This document shows positions 1 to 13,960 of a DNA stretch of 64,000 nt, one piece after another. The DNA lies in contig OZ024742.1 of NCBI GenBank assembly GCA_964016885.1, positions 213,714,001-213,778,000 of the forward strand. The letters are read 5' to 3'. This DNA is from Eledone cirrhosa. Lineage: Eukaryota. Below the pieces are notes generated by a model. It ran no database searches. It was given only the letters and a program-made list of their open reading frames with translations, and was not told the origin of the DNA. The position numbers and the translations under genes are program-made. Position 1 is the stretch's first letter. Every line of letters starts with the position of its first letter.

Positions 1-514
1 TATATATATATATATATGTACACACGCGCTTGTACTTTCACCCCTAGATTCCTATGGTTCTCTTATGGTCAGAAACATATACTCTTACAGCTGATACAGA
101 CCAACAAAATACGCGCACACACCTCTACTTTTTCCTTCACAGCTCTGTATATATACACACACACACACACACACTCCTTTTTATCAACATACTTTTGCTC
201 ACAGCTTCGTACTTACAAGCACACACACACACACTTTTTTACTTACATATACACACACATATCCTCTTAGCTTCGTATGGACGTATAATAACACACACAC
301 GCGCGCGCGCATACGCACGCGCATACGCACGCGCATACGCACGCGCAGACGTATAGCTCTTTATACAAAACTTGCTTTTTTTTTCATTCTTACTTCTGAT
401 GAAAGACTAGCGTCCAAAACGTTAAGACCCTCTTCCTACTATTTCAAGCGTTAAACTAATATATTCCTTCCATATACTGTACCGATTGTGTTGTTATTTC
501 TGTTTACCCTTTCC

Positions 515-551
<37 letters not shown>

Positions 552-839
552 ACCTACTATATAAAGTAACCCCGATGCGTAGGTGGATCCGTTTAAGTAT
601 AGTACATGGTGCCTACATTTTGGTGTTATATTATGGTTAGTTTCCTTTATAAGCAGAGTATAATATTAATAATAAGTAGGAACGAGATGTCAGTGCATCA
701 TCATTAAGTTTATTCGGGTGTGACGCGCGTTTCACGATTGACCAGCTCAAGGTTCGATCTGTATCGATTGGATTCTACTCTGTAATTCAAGAACGAGCCC
801 AAGAGTCTGGTGAGCTGTTGATTCCAGAACCCCCTGCAC

Positions 840-1690
840 TGATACGAAATGTGTAGTCTGTAGGCTAAGCCCGCAAATTAACTTCAAATCTAGGAACGTA
901 TTATATAGCATACTATGTACTGAGGGACAGTGTAGGAATAAGAACATAACATACATAGGTGAAACAGCCCGTAGCATAGGAGAAAGGATAAGTGAACACT
1001 GGCGAGAACTCCAGGGTGGGAAAAACTCACCAATACTCCACCAACATGCCAAAATAGAATGTAGGGACACATTAGAGAACATTAGATAAAAATTATATCC
1101 ACTCACAGAAAAGATGCAATGCTCAGACAAATCACAGAGGCGACAAACATAAACGAACTCCAACCAAAATTAAACAGAAAACATGAGTGGAATAGCAGCA
1201 TCACAACTAGTAATTAAGGACAAAATAAAGACATACAGACACGCACACAAAATGGAGACATACAGACCAAACTAACAAAACAAATCAGAAACACACAGAT
1301 AGAACAAACAACCAACTAGTGACAAGTAAATAAACACATAAATAACTAAATAAAAACACACACACTCTGATGTAACGCATGCGCAAGCTAAGCACACAAC
1401 ATACAGCACACAAAAACAAGATGGTGTAGGACAGAACAAAGGAGAGACACAAAGTAAAAACCTAGTCACTGAGGAGGTCACACAATGTGTGACGAAAGAG
1501 CTTTGACAATATATAAACAAACATCCGGTTATCGAACCGACCAACCAACCGGAAATGTATAATAAATTGAAGTGAAAACCAACAGGTGCATGTGTTTTTA
1601 TTGGCAACATGACCCTCCCAAAGTATAACAATATCTGTTTCAACACAGGTTTTAAGATAAGAAATCTCGCAAAACAGATTCAAAAACGAA
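840..1690 (+). mobile_element. Penelope-like element 3' remnant (GIY-YIG endonuclease plus terminal repeat)
   Basis: Reads KSRNVLYSILC...C...TYIGETARSIGERISEH; 1410-1680 recurs at 46985-47240. Confidence 0.8.
1465..1507 (+). ncRNA. minimal type I hammerhead ribozyme motif (Penelope terminal repeat)
   Basis: gtca-CTGAGGA-g-gtcacac/aat/gtgtgac-GAAA-gagc-TT-tgac: stem I, core and 7-bp stem II all present. Confidence 0.75.
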
Positions 1691-3167
1691 GTAGAGAGAG
1701 AAAGAGAGAGGGAGGGAGAGAGACTCATACATACTGAAACAAACACACAAAAGATATAGGTGTACCTGTGTACACCCAATTAACGTGTTAATTTTTCATT
1801 TTCGGAAACCACATTGCAGTCTGTTCTATTATTTACTTTCTACCTCCACTTCACATCTCTACCTTCTCTCTATCTCCCCCACACCCTCTCTGTTGTTCTC
1901 TCTCTCATACACCCCTCTCTCTTTCTCCTGCTCTTTTCTTTTCTCTTCTTTGTAGAAGATGCATGTAGGTGGTTCAATTTGTAAATTATTTTGTTTGTAA
2001 TTTTTAGATTATTTTCTTCTTTTTTCTTTACAGCAATCTTATTTATAACAGCCTTCATGACCTACCTACAGAGGAAACACCAAGGCATACGCACGGCCTG
2101 CTGGAAATAGCAGTCAAGTCTTCCTCAACTCATACCTTACAGTATAAATTTAAAAAAAAATAACAGGAAAGAAATATATAATAAGATGATGTAGACCTAG
2201 ATATTAATCAAACAAGCAGTGGTTACAGGTTAGAACGGCTTTCATTATAAATGTGCTCGAACAGTTCTGATTTCGGTTAAACAGAATCTACATCAACAGA
2301 TGTAACGATGAGAAAGGAATGATTAAATCCATGATAGAAATTAAACAAAATACATCAGAGATTATATATAGTTAATGTGCTACATCCTTCCTCCCTCTTC
2401 ACAAGCTAAACCCCCCCAAACAAAACAAAATTATAACCTACACCATCTCCTTCACTTCTCCCTTTGCATCCTTCGTTCTCGCCGCCTCTGCAGAAAATTC
2501 GTTGTGTGTATATGTGTGTGTGAGAGAGAGAGAGAGAGGGACTGGAAGGAGCTAGGTGGAGTGATGTAGATATATAGATATATACATATAGAAACAGAGA
2601 GAGAGGGAGAGAGTGTTAGAGGAGATCTAATTTACTACGCTACGTATCTTTACCAAATATGGCGCCCTGTAATAACATGGACAGGGGGTTGAGAAAGAGG
2701 ACAGAGATAACAGGAGTAGAAGACAGTGAAATAGAAGTTGGAAGCAAAGAGAGAAAGAAGAAAGGAAGGACAAACAGTGAAGACGTAGAAGTAGAAAAAC
2801 GTAAATATTAAATATAAACAAAAGAAAAGCAACGTAATAAATAAATAAATAAATAATGTTAGTATAATAATGAAAAAAATATAATCATGATAAAAACGTA
2901 AGCTACAACAATATAACAAAATGCAATAAATAAATAAATAAGGAAACTCGATTAGCTTTCCCATAATCCCCTACGTAAATTCCTGCGTGGTATTGGTGAT
3001 GAGTAACTTTGTGTATTAGTATGTAGTATTTATATGCAGGTGCATACAAAGTTATAAGCAAATATACACACTAACATACATTTCGCAAGCTACAATGTAT
3101 GTAAACGTTACACACGCATACACAAAATACTTGTGTGTGACTGTGTGCGTTTGTGTGTTTGTGTGTT

Positions 3168-3225
<58 letters not shown>

Positions 3226-3756
3226 CTGGAGAAGGCATGGGCTCCGTCATTAAAAAATGCCCTAAGAAACACGGTATGTTAATATGGCGCCCCTACAACT
3301 CTCTTGGGAATTACAGGTCCATACCACACCATATATATATATATATATGTGTGTGTCTGTGTGTGTGTGTGTACATACAGACATACATACAACAATATAC
3401 AATATATTAGTGTGTTCCAGGTTAGACTTTTGGAAGGCGTTCTGTATATTGTTTTCACGGGCAATTCGAGACTAGTGAGAACTGTTGTAAGCCAACGACT
3501 GCATGGAGAGAGATTTCCAGTGGAAGTATGTTCTGGTAAAGGACTGGGCGTACTGATTAGTGTATGGAGTTGGAAGGTGTGTGTGTGTGTGGGGGGGGGG
3601 CTTCTAAACACAATATGGGGTGGTGGTGAAGAGACGAAGTAATCATGTGTGCTTGAATAGAGCAGCGGTCATTGTAGTTGTGATAAAAAATGGCAAGAAT
3701 GATGTCACATCAATCTATAGAGTAGCCTTTCCTGAAATAGTTTGTCTTTTATTATA

Positions 3757-3945
3757 GGGCGGTGAATTGGCAGTATCGGTAGAGGGTCGGACGCCATGCT
3801 TTCCAGCATAGTTACATCTCTTTACGGTCTGAGTTCAAATCCCGTCGAGGTTAACTTTGCCTTTCATCCTGACGGGGTCGATAAAATAAAGTACCAGTAA
3901 TGTACTGAGTTATTGTTGACCTTGTGCCAAAAAGTAGAAACAATT
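3757..3945 (+). mobile_element. tRNA-derived SINE (abundant family, MetaSINE-like core)
   Basis: A-box-like TGGCAGTATCGG, B-box GAGTTCAAATCC, core gcctttcatcct...ggggtcgataaaataaagtaccag; many copies in window (about 4120-4245, 17230-17420, 52710-53122, 63250-63440). Confidence 0.8.
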
Positions 3946-4830
3946 ATATATACGTATCACAATGTCCGCAATACACACCAGGGGCCGTGGAAGCATTCCT
4001 GAATTCAGAGCAGGGAGGTGGGGTGGAGGTCAATTTAGTTGTAGTGATTAATTTAGCTGTTATCAAATATCAACCAAGATAGTGCACCTGAGCACTGTAC
4101 ACAATAATTTTCAGATACGTCCCTTTACATTCTGAGTTCAAATCCCGCCGAGGTTAGCTTTGCCTTTCATCCTTACGGGGTCGATTAAATAAGGTACCAT
4201 TTATGCACTCCCCTTCAAACTGCTGGCTTTGTGCCAAAAGTAGAAAAAAAAAAATTACTGCTATTATTATATAAAAAAAACTTCGATATGCGATAAACGT
4301 AACATGTACATAAATTGTAGCGCATATACAAATAGATGTGTGTTATGGTAGTTTGGGGAGAAAAATATAATTTGTGTGTGTGGAAGAGGGGGGGGGGTTA
4401 TAGATCACTGCATTCACCCACCCAATTCCACTGCCCCTGCACACATACGATACTGTACAAATTTACTAAAAAGTAGCTAAAAACATGTATGCCTTTCTTT
4501 CACGCGAAATACATTTCTTGGACAATATAATTTATTCCACATGCCAACACCATAAATGAAATTTAAGAGTCAGTCCCCCTCGTGTTCCCGACGGACAGGG
4601 TGGAGAAGTCATTGCTCCGGATGCCATCTGGGATGCCTATATGTTATAGTAGTAGCAGCAACCACAGAGGACTACTTTGTTGTGGGTAACACCTGAGCTT
4701 CCTTGTGCTCTAGTAGTTGTTTCCTGCTGAATAATTTCTAGTCCCCAAAGAGAGAAATCATTATTTCAGACGCAGTTTTTGCTATGTTGAGGATGTGCGT
4801 GCTCCAGGAGGCATATTCGGTAATAGAGAG

Positions 4831-4868
<38 letters not shown>

Positions 4869-5056
4869 TGCGAGAAAAACCACAAACTCTCCATCTCAAT
4901 TCTGCTTTTGAAAAGGGCAAGAACTGCAAAATCAGTAAAGGAACCAAATAAATATTCTTAAAAAGACTCGTTGCATTTTCGATTTCATCTTTTTTTCCTT
5001 GTACTTTCACTCGTGTAGGACACCTCGCTTTTTTTTCATTTTGGAAAAAAAAACTC

Positions 5057-5088
<32 letters not shown>

Positions 5089-5173
5089 GCAAAAGTTTTA
5101 TTTAAAATTGTTGGGTTACAACAAGTAAATATTTTATAACCGATATAAAGCACTCGACAAGTTTTTGGAGTAG

Positions 5174-5523
5174 ATATACGATATTAAACAAATGGAAACT
5201 ATATTTATAAAACCATATTTATTTCATTATACATATTTCAGGGATACCATATTAAAAATATGGCATGCATTCTTCAGATAAAATACAATATATAAACAGT
5301 TTTAAAAATAATTTTGACGTACCATAAATATAAGCGACCATTAAGCCAGCCTCCTATCTTAATGGTCGCTTATATTTATGGTACGTCAAAATTATTTATA
5401 AAACTGTTTATATATTGTATTTTATCTGAAGAAGGCATGCCATATTTTTAATATGGTATCCCTGAAATATGTATAATGAAATAAATATGGTTTTATAAAT
5501 ATAGTTTCCATTTGTTTAATATC

Positions 5524-5529
<6 letters not shown>
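5174..5529. repeat. near-perfect 356-bp palindrome (172-bp arms, 12-nt loop)
   Basis: 5174-5345 is the reverse complement of 5358-5529 with 2 mismatches seen; arms carry a CTGAAGA...GAAA hammerhead-like motif (5422-5476). Confidence 0.95.
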
Positions 5530-5565
<36 letters not shown>

Positions 5566-5586
5566 ATACTTCGAACAACAGAAAGG

Positions 5587-5629
<43 letters not shown>

Positions 5630-5719
5630 TATTGAAGTTTCCGTTGAAAATAGAAAAAAGTCATAGGAGTGAAGAGTGCTCTATGTAAGTACCAGAGCAA
5701 AATTTAATATATATATATA

Positions 5720-5808
<89 letters not shown>

Positions 5809-5867
5809 GACATATATATGGTATATGTGACATAAATATAAATAAGGACACTTTATACCACGGTACT

Positions 5868-8800
5868 TACTTGTACTTGTACTTGTGTCGACATTCACCC
5901 TGGACGGGTTGAGGCGGCTTCTTCCCTTGTCCTGACGGCACCCCGAACCATGGCAGCCCACGCACGACGGTCCCGGGCTAGGTCACTGGAGATAGCGAGC
6001 CAGTCACGGTTCCATCGGCGCAGGCCGACCACCTGCGCGACCTGAGAGTTCGGAGAGGTCCTCCTTGATCGTCATTGCCCAGGTCTTCAGCTGCCCGCCA
6101 ACGCGCTTGCGCCAGTTAGGGAGTGGAGGTGAGAGGATACATCGCGGATCAGCTCACCCTCAGGGCGCCGGGCCGCGTGACCAAACCATCTCAAGCGCCG
6201 TTGCAGAAGCACTGAAGGAAGGGGTCGAAGATTCAGGCGAAGACGAAGTCTGGCGGTAGGTATCCGATCAACGCGACGGCAGCGAAGAATGCGGCGGAGA
6301 CTGTCATTGTCAAAGACCTCCAGCCCTCGTTGATCGACTACCATCATAGGCCATGTTTCACAGCCATAGAGGAGGATAGTTCGATAGATTCGCCCTTTGG
6401 TCGCCGAGGTGATCTCTCCTATGTCCCACAGACACCGCTGTAGGCGCCAAAAAGCGGATCTGGCAGCACCTATGCGACGCTTGACCTCGGCTGCACCCTG
6501 TCCCGTTGGAACCACTGTTGAGCCCAGGTAAACGAAGGACTCCACATCCCCCAGGTCCACGCCCTCGAGAAATATTGGCTGCCAGGCATCAGGCGAGACC
6601 AGTGACGTCATGACCTTCGACTTGGCGGCATTGATTCGTAGACCAACAGCGGCTGATGCAGTGTGCACTCTTTCGAGAGCACCTTGTACATCTGTCCCGT
6701 TAGCGCCCATCAGACCGATGTCATCCGCGTAGGCCAGGTCTGTCACCACGACCCCTCTGCCGACCTCTACGCCCGGGTAGTCCCGGAGCGCTGTGTTGAG
6801 AGTGTAGTCAATGGCATAGTTCAAGAGAGTTGGCGATAGCGCACATCCCTGCCGAACACCGGTCCCAACATCGAACGACTCCGTCTCCCCACCATAGACC
6901 CTCACTCGAGCCCGAGTCGACCGGTAGTAGCCCTGTATGAGACGAAGCAGCTTCACTAGGATGCCGTCCGCCTGCATTATACGCCATAGGGCTTCCCGAT
7001 CTACCGAGTCGAAGGCAGCCGCAAAGTCGATGAAGCAGAGGATGGTAGGCTGTTGATGTGCCCACCGTTGTTCCAGGACACGTCGGAGAATGAAGATTTG
7101 ATTAACGCACCCCTTCCCCGGACGGAAGCCGCCCTGAGAAGGATGGGTACGGACATCACGGATGGCCTGGAATCTCTTTAGCAGAAAAATTGTGAAGGTC
7201 TTGGCAGCAACGTCAATTAAACTGATACCCCTGGAGTTGGAACACAGTTTCCTGTCACCCTTTTTGAAGAAGGGTAGGAGAGTTGCATCGCTCCAGTCAC
7301 CAGGGAACCGCTCCGTCGCCCACACCGAGGAGAAGACTCGATGGAGCCAAGCTGCGAAGACATCAGGCTCGGCCTTGTAGACCTCAGCTGGAACGCCATC
7401 CTCGCCCGGCGCCTTGTTGTTCCAGAGATGTGTCAGGACACCACGTACATCCTCGACCGTTGGAGGGGCAGTGCTGCACCCGTAATCTTCTCAGGAAGGC
7501 TGCACGTAGGTTGGCGTGGATGGTGGCGGGTGGTTGAGCAGCTCGGAGAAATAGTCTCGCCATCGAACTAGCCGGTCATTAAGATTGGTAATGACCGCCC
7601 CGTTTCGATCACGGATCGTCTCGCTGATACCCGTACTGCTTCGGCTGGCTCGCTTCACCAGTTGGTAGAGCTTGCGCGAGTCACCACAGGCTGCTGCCCT
7701 CTCCGTCTTCTCCGCAAACTTGCGCCAGTGTGCATTCTGATCGGCCCGAATAGCCCGAGATGTGCGACGTCGGAGATCTCTAAGATTGGGTGCACCCTCG
7801 AGTCGGGCCACTCTCGCCCTCTCCACGAGTTCAAGAGTGCCGCTGGAGATCCAGTCTCGATGGCGTCTTCGGGTCGACCCGAGATGCTCCCTGGCCACCT
7901 CAACCGTCGCCGCCCTGAGCGCGTTCCACTCCTGCTCCGGTTGCTGTTCCACTTCGTTACTCAGCATTTGGTATCGGTTTCGCAGCTCTAGCCGGAAAGT
8001 ATTTCCAGCATCGAGCTTGAGTCGCGAGATGTCGATTCTTTTCTGGCGGTTGGGAGGAGGTTTCGCCCGCATACGCAGACGAAGTGATGCTCGAACAAGA
8101 GTATGGTCTGACCCATGCTCACTGCCCGTATCAGCCCTCCGATACGCACGCGAGTCCATCACTGAGCTGGCCCACCGAGATCTGACCAGGATGTAGTCAA
8201 TCTGATTGGCTGTTCTTCTGTCACTGGATCGCCACGTGACGAGGTGACGGCGAGGATGCTGGAACCGGGTGTTGGTGACAATAAGACGATTGGCATCCGC
8301 GAAGGACACGAGTCGTTCACCATTGTAGATCGGCATAGAACTGCGTTCTGTCCGCCTCGTCCGTATTGAGTGTGGGAGCGTAGACGGCAATTACGCTGAC
8401 GTTGGAGATTTGACCCTTCAATCGAACCAGTGCGAGTCGGTGTGAGATCGGCTGCCACGCCAGCAGAGCCGCTTGCGCGTCGAGGCCGAGCACTACAGCG
8501 ACCCCGTGAAGGCCACTGTTGTCAGTCACGCCACTATGGTACAAGTGGTACGAGATGTCCTCGCCAGGAACTTTGATCAGAAGATGACCAACATCGGGAA
8601 GTCGAACTTCTGAAAGGCAAGCGACACTAACGCAGTACCTGTGCAGAGCCTTCATTGAAAGTGATCGGACGTTCCAGCACGCCACCCTCAATTTCTTCCT
8701 TCGTCTGAAGAGCGGGACTACTGCGGGAGTAGTCTGTAGAGCCATTGCGGTAGGAGCGCTGTTGCTTTGCATTGCGTTCATATCTGGAAGGCAATTCGTA

Positions 8801-9146
8801 TACATAGTTCGTATTTGTAGGATTCATGGAAGAAGTGTCATGGGAGTAGTGAATTCACAAGCGGTCCCCAAAAAACCCGCAAGTATATCCCGAACGAGGG
8901 GAAAAAACGTCCTGTTTGCCGCATATTCTCCACAGACGCAGGGACAGAAACGACCCGAAGCCGCCGGTTACCGGAGCAGACACTTCTTAGATTTTCACCA
9001 GAGCCCCTTTTGCCGGGTTGCGACCCTAATACCGCTGGGTGCCAGACCAATCCGCCTTGGGTGGCCCTACCAGGAACCGAAGTTCCCGACGGCATAGCTC
9101 TGACACTACCCGTTGCCACCGCCCTGCCACGTTGAGGAGGGGTTGG
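5868..9146 (-). mobile_element. apparently full-length RTE-clade LINE (APE endonuclease + RT), frameshifted
   Basis: VACWNVRSL, IAVYAPT, NQIDYIL, FIDFAAAFDSVDR, GVRQGCALSP, LAYADDI; (CAAGTA)n 3' tail; 18-bp TSD 5850-5867 / 9147-9164 with 1 mismatch. Confidence 0.95.
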
Positions 9147-9399
9147 ACTTTATATCACGGTACTCTCGTCTAGTTAACTAGCAAAAATAGGTTGTACTTG
9201 TAATTCGAAGGGCCATTCTTTTCACATTCTCTGTCACGTTGAATCTTCCCGAGAACTAAGTTAAGGGTGTCTGTGGAATACTCAACGATTTGCATGTTAA
9301 TCTCACAAGCAGGCTGTTCCGTTGATTGTATCATCTACTGGAACACTCATCGTCATAACCGACTGAGTACCACTTACATATAAATTAGGAGGGAGAATT

Positions 9400-11700
9400 C
9401 GCCATGGACCAAATTACGTAAGGAGGAAGGATTTGATTCGTGAATCTCAGGCTGAAAATAAACAGGGCTCTGTGGGTGGCGCAAGTTTATGCACCAAACA
9501 AAAAGTCCGAATACAGGACCTTCCTTAATGAAGTCACTGCAGCGTTAAATGTAGATAAGGCAGTCATATATCCTGATGGGATACTTCAATGCACATGTTG
9601 ACACAGTCACCTGAAATGGAAAGGAGTGATTGGAAGGAATGGTGACTCCGATCTAAATACGAATAGAGAGTCCATACAAGACTGTTCTAGCAATGGACTC
9701 GCTATTATGAACACCTTCTTCCAGCACCCATAAATATAGATGGTATAAGGGAAGTCAGGGACAGAGATCAATAATTGATTTTGTTATGGTCTCTGATCTC
9801 TTCGATTCTGTGATTGATGTCCATGTTAAGAGAGGGGCTGAGCTGTCAACTAATCACCATCTAGTTATTTGCAACCTGAGACTACCTAAAACGAAAGAAG
9901 ACCACAAAACCGTCAGGTTCAGGGCGATCTACAGGATAAAGTAGGAAGCGTTGGTGGATAAGAAAGTCATGACCAGGTATGCAGAAACTATTGCATCCAA
10001 ATTCAGAGAACTCCTTCAGCAAACTTGGGACATTGAGACAGATTGGAGATTGTTCAGCTCAGCAGTTTCTGCTTCGGCTGTTAAATGCTGCGGGTGAAAG
10101 AGACTTGGTTCAATCAAGAGGTTAAAGATGCCACCCGACCAACGAAGGAAGCCTACAAAACTCCTCCTTTCACTTGCAGTACAAGCAGGCAATAAGAATC
10201 GTACAAGAGACAGTAAAGGCGTCCAAAGTTAAGACATGGGAGGACTTTGGGGTTAAACTGGAATCTGACTGCGGATCAGCAAATAAAGAGTTCTTGCAGA
10301 CCATCCGCCTACTTCGTAATAAGAAGTCCTCCTTCATACTTGCTATCAGGAAGGCATCTGGTGTTCTCCTCTCTTCAGAGTGGTGCATCCTCGCGAGGTG
10401 AAGAGAATACTTTGCTGATCTCCAATACCCGATCACAGCATGTTCTGATGTACACGAGGTGCATCTGAATGCAGTGACTAATCTCTCGGAGGCTGGGGTC
10501 ATGAGAGCAGTTAAAGAGCCCGAATGTGGTAAGGCCGCCGAGGAAGAGGAAAACCTTAAATAGAGAAGGTATTAACTGGCTGACTCGTGTGTGCCGGGTG
10601 GCCTGGATCTCTAAGAAGGCACCTAAGCAATGGCAATCGGGAGTGATAATTCCAATTTTCATAAAAGGGAGACAAGAGAGATTTTTCCAATTACAGAGGG
10701 ATCTCCTTGTTAAACCTCCGCAGCAATGTCTATGCTAAGTGTCTGGTAAAGTGATGCAGGGAGGTTGTCAAGTCCAAGCTAGCTGATGAACAGTGTGGTT
10801 TTCGCCAAGGACGCAGCAAAACCGACCAAATATTCATACTGCGGCAGGTATTCAAGAAATATGCCAAGAGGTATATTCTTGTTTTATCGACCTTGAAAAG
10901 GCATATGACCTCTTTCCTCGGGACATGTTGTGGAAGGTTCGGCAGGAGTATTGGATAGATGGCCAGCTTCTTACTGCCCTGATGACTATACGAATGCCCG
11001 AGTAATTGTGTTCGGATGAATGGTGTTAAATTGAAACCAAACAATGTGGGAGTCGGAATCCACCAAGGATGCGTACTGTCACCTCTCACGTTCATTATTT
11101 ACATGGACAAGATTAACATACGCAGCCGGGTTGGAAGCAGTATCACGACTAGTAGGTGTAAAATCAGTCGGCTAGAATTTGCAGATGGCATGGTGTTACT
11201 TAACTCGGCAGAAGGTGATCTCCGACTTGCACTCAATAGGTTTGATGCTGAGTGCTGCATGACTGGAATGAAAATTAGTGCTGCGAAAACTGAGACATTC
11301 GTCTTCTCAAAGAAGCCTGCACAGTGCACCACTCTACATGTGAATGGAGTTCCACTGAAGCAAGTAGAGAAGTTCAATTATCTTAGGACCATGTTCATGA
11401 ATGAAGGAAGGTAGGAGGCTAAATAAAGTGCAAGAATTGCTGGAGCTGATGCAGTAATGCGCTAGCTTCAGCATTCGGTAATCAGAAGGGACGTAGGCGT
11501 AAAAGCCAAACTCGTTATCTACCTATGAATGATGGGAAATTACCGAAAGAATACGATTACGTATACAAGCGGCCGAAATGGGGTTCCTCTGAAGGGTCTT
11601 TGGACTAATGTTACTCGATAAAGTGCGGAGCTCGGAGATCGGAGAGTCACTCCAGGTAGAGCCGCTACTTCTCCAAATAGAGAGTAACAATCTTCGAAAT
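9400..11700 (+). mobile_element. degenerate RTE-clade LINE (Expander/Rex3-like)
   Basis: Fragments EQCGFRQGRSKTDQIF, CFIDLEKAYD, GVGIHQGCVLSP, LEFADG, with many stops and frameshifts. Confidence 0.85.
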
Positions 11701-12148
11701 AAAAACCCAACTAAATTTCATGCTATGTACTTTTTAATATCTTTATCATTGAAACCTTTCGTTTTTAATGTATTCATCCTTGATTAAAATTGTTTAAATA
11801 AAGGGTGTTATAAATATTAGAATATCTGAAAATGATAATTGATAGAATTTTAAACAATGCAGTAAAAAGTAATCAAATAAATTAATTTTGATAATTTTGA
11901 GGAAATTATTGGAAACAAAATTGTGATTTAAGGGAAATAACTCTTAACGTCTTTTATTCAGTTACGTTTACTGCTCTCCCTTGCCTATCAGCCCGGAGAA
12001 CATTTTGAAGAAATAATTTGCCGTAAATAAAGTAAACAAGTCAACGTTTACTTCAAATATGTTGAAGCTAATTCCAATATAGACATTTTGTGATCTCACT
12101 CTTTCTAATGTAAGGTATGAGACATCGTATTAAGACATTGCATTAAAG

Positions 12149-12293
12149 CAGGCATGGACAGCCTTTTTCGAGCCGTGAGCCGCATAGGATGTGGCTCATT
12201 ATAAGGCAGGTCACACTACTAAAGAAATTCAAGGAAGTTTTGAAATTAGATGCCATTCAGAAAGCCAAACGAGCCGTTGTTTGCCCATTACTG
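12149..12293. mobile_element. possible degenerate hAT-type MITE
   Basis: Ends caggcatggacagc ... gtttgcccattactg are imperfect inverted repeats; no clean TSD. Confidence 0.4.
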
Positions 12294-13489
12294 TTTTAGT
12301 GTATTTTCTGAAAACTGTGATGTAAAGTATCTGTTATATCACAACCAAAATTCGTAAATTCAGCCCCACTGAATGGGTCAGAGACAGTTCAGGAAAAAAC
12401 AACAACAACGTCAAAGTCTACAATCCTTGAAGAAATGTTGCCACTCCTGCACACTGGGTAGCTTTTATTCACCACCTGCAAGCCTATCATACGAATTGCA
12501 AAGGATTCCTTCGTGAATTGAACTCTCTGCAAACTCTGTTGCCTACCAAACTGTAGCTTTTCATTTTGATTCTTTGTCAACACAATCTCTCCTAACTTTG
12601 TGGAATACTCCTTCTAAGCTACCATGGTTTAGTTAATGGCACCTTCTTGGTACCTGTTTTACAGCTACCGGAGTCTTGCTTTCCTATGTCACTAATTAGT
12701 GGCTCTTGTACACTAGAACATTGGTGAAAACACTAAAGTAGCACTGGACATCAGCAAATCATTTAATTGTGTCTGTAATAGCAGTCGAGAGAGGGAAAGA
12801 AGTTTCTGGAGCAGAAGATGGTCAGTAGACGACATCGTTATGATATCGGACACATCGGAAATCCAGGTGTTTAGCATCACACGAGAAGAATATCAAGGAG
12901 AGAATAGAAACACACTTCAATTAAGACAACTCGGAATCTATGTGGGAGAATGACAAACTGGGAAGAGAATCCCAGCGGGGTTATCAATCTCACTCAGAAA
13001 TCGTCTGAGAGGAACTTGTCCTTAAAAAGTCAGATTGGGGTGGTAAACACTTTACATTGCATTGGTAGTGTACAAAAACTTGACCATCGTGCCTTGTTCC
13101 AGAATTCATCTCACCACGTTGGAACGTATACACTTTCATCTTCTTTCAGAAAAGACAGACTTCACGGACTTAGAAGGTCCACTTGATACGAACATCTACT
13201 TCAAGAGGGTTGATACTGACTCGAAGAGACGTGCTGAGACATGCAAACATTACAGAGACTCCTTGGTGATGACTGTGAGCAGGTATACTTGCGATTAAAA
13301 TGTCTTTTTACATGACCGAATTTAAAAGTTAGATCTATTGTTTCCGGTATAAACTGTCCTTTCTATCAAATCTCCTGGTTCCTCTCCAGACTTCTCAAAC
13401 CTCTTCTTCATACCTTCCCCAGACATATAGACAACACTTACAAAGTTATCAACTGACTGCAAAGCCTTAACTCTATCATACTTAGACAG

Positions 13490-13960
13490 AGTAGATACGC
13501 TTTTAGCTTAGACGTAGTTTCCCTCTACACGTCTGTTCCCCAGCCCCATCACACAGATATCGTCTTAATTACTGATCACATTATCGCCTCTACCAGCTTC
13601 AATTGTTTTGGTCTCACTACTGTTGACATCCACAATTTGCTCTGTCATCATGTGTAACACCTTTTGCCAGTTCCAGGGCTCCATCTACAAACAGATTTTG
13701 GGACTGCTGATGGCTGTTAAGTCTCCCAGGTCTGCTAGCCAGCACATACGTGGACCAGTTGGAGCCGCTCATGCTCCTTCTTCTCCAGGTACGAGGATAT
13801 CCTGATTTTCACTTCGTCGTGCAAAGAAGCCATCAAAATATACGATGATTTCAACAACGTGTACGTCCACATAAGCCTTGAAGTTGAGCACCTGGATACT
13901 AATGGATCCTTCTCTCTACTCGAATTTGCATTGAGAATCACAGAGAAGGGGGTCCACACA
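13490..13960 (+). mobile_element. highly degenerate Penelope-like RT fragment
   Basis: FSLDVVSLYTSVP and FCQFQGSIYKQILGL motifs. Confidence 0.6.

Noticed and set aside
16-356. Numerous ORFs rich in YI/HT/CV/RE repeats here and throughout the window
   Set aside because: Translations of TA, CA and GA microsatellites
393-426. Further hammerhead candidates here, at about 710-750 (-) and 23270-23340
   Set aside because: Core nucleotides mutated or missing; treated as decayed Penelope ends
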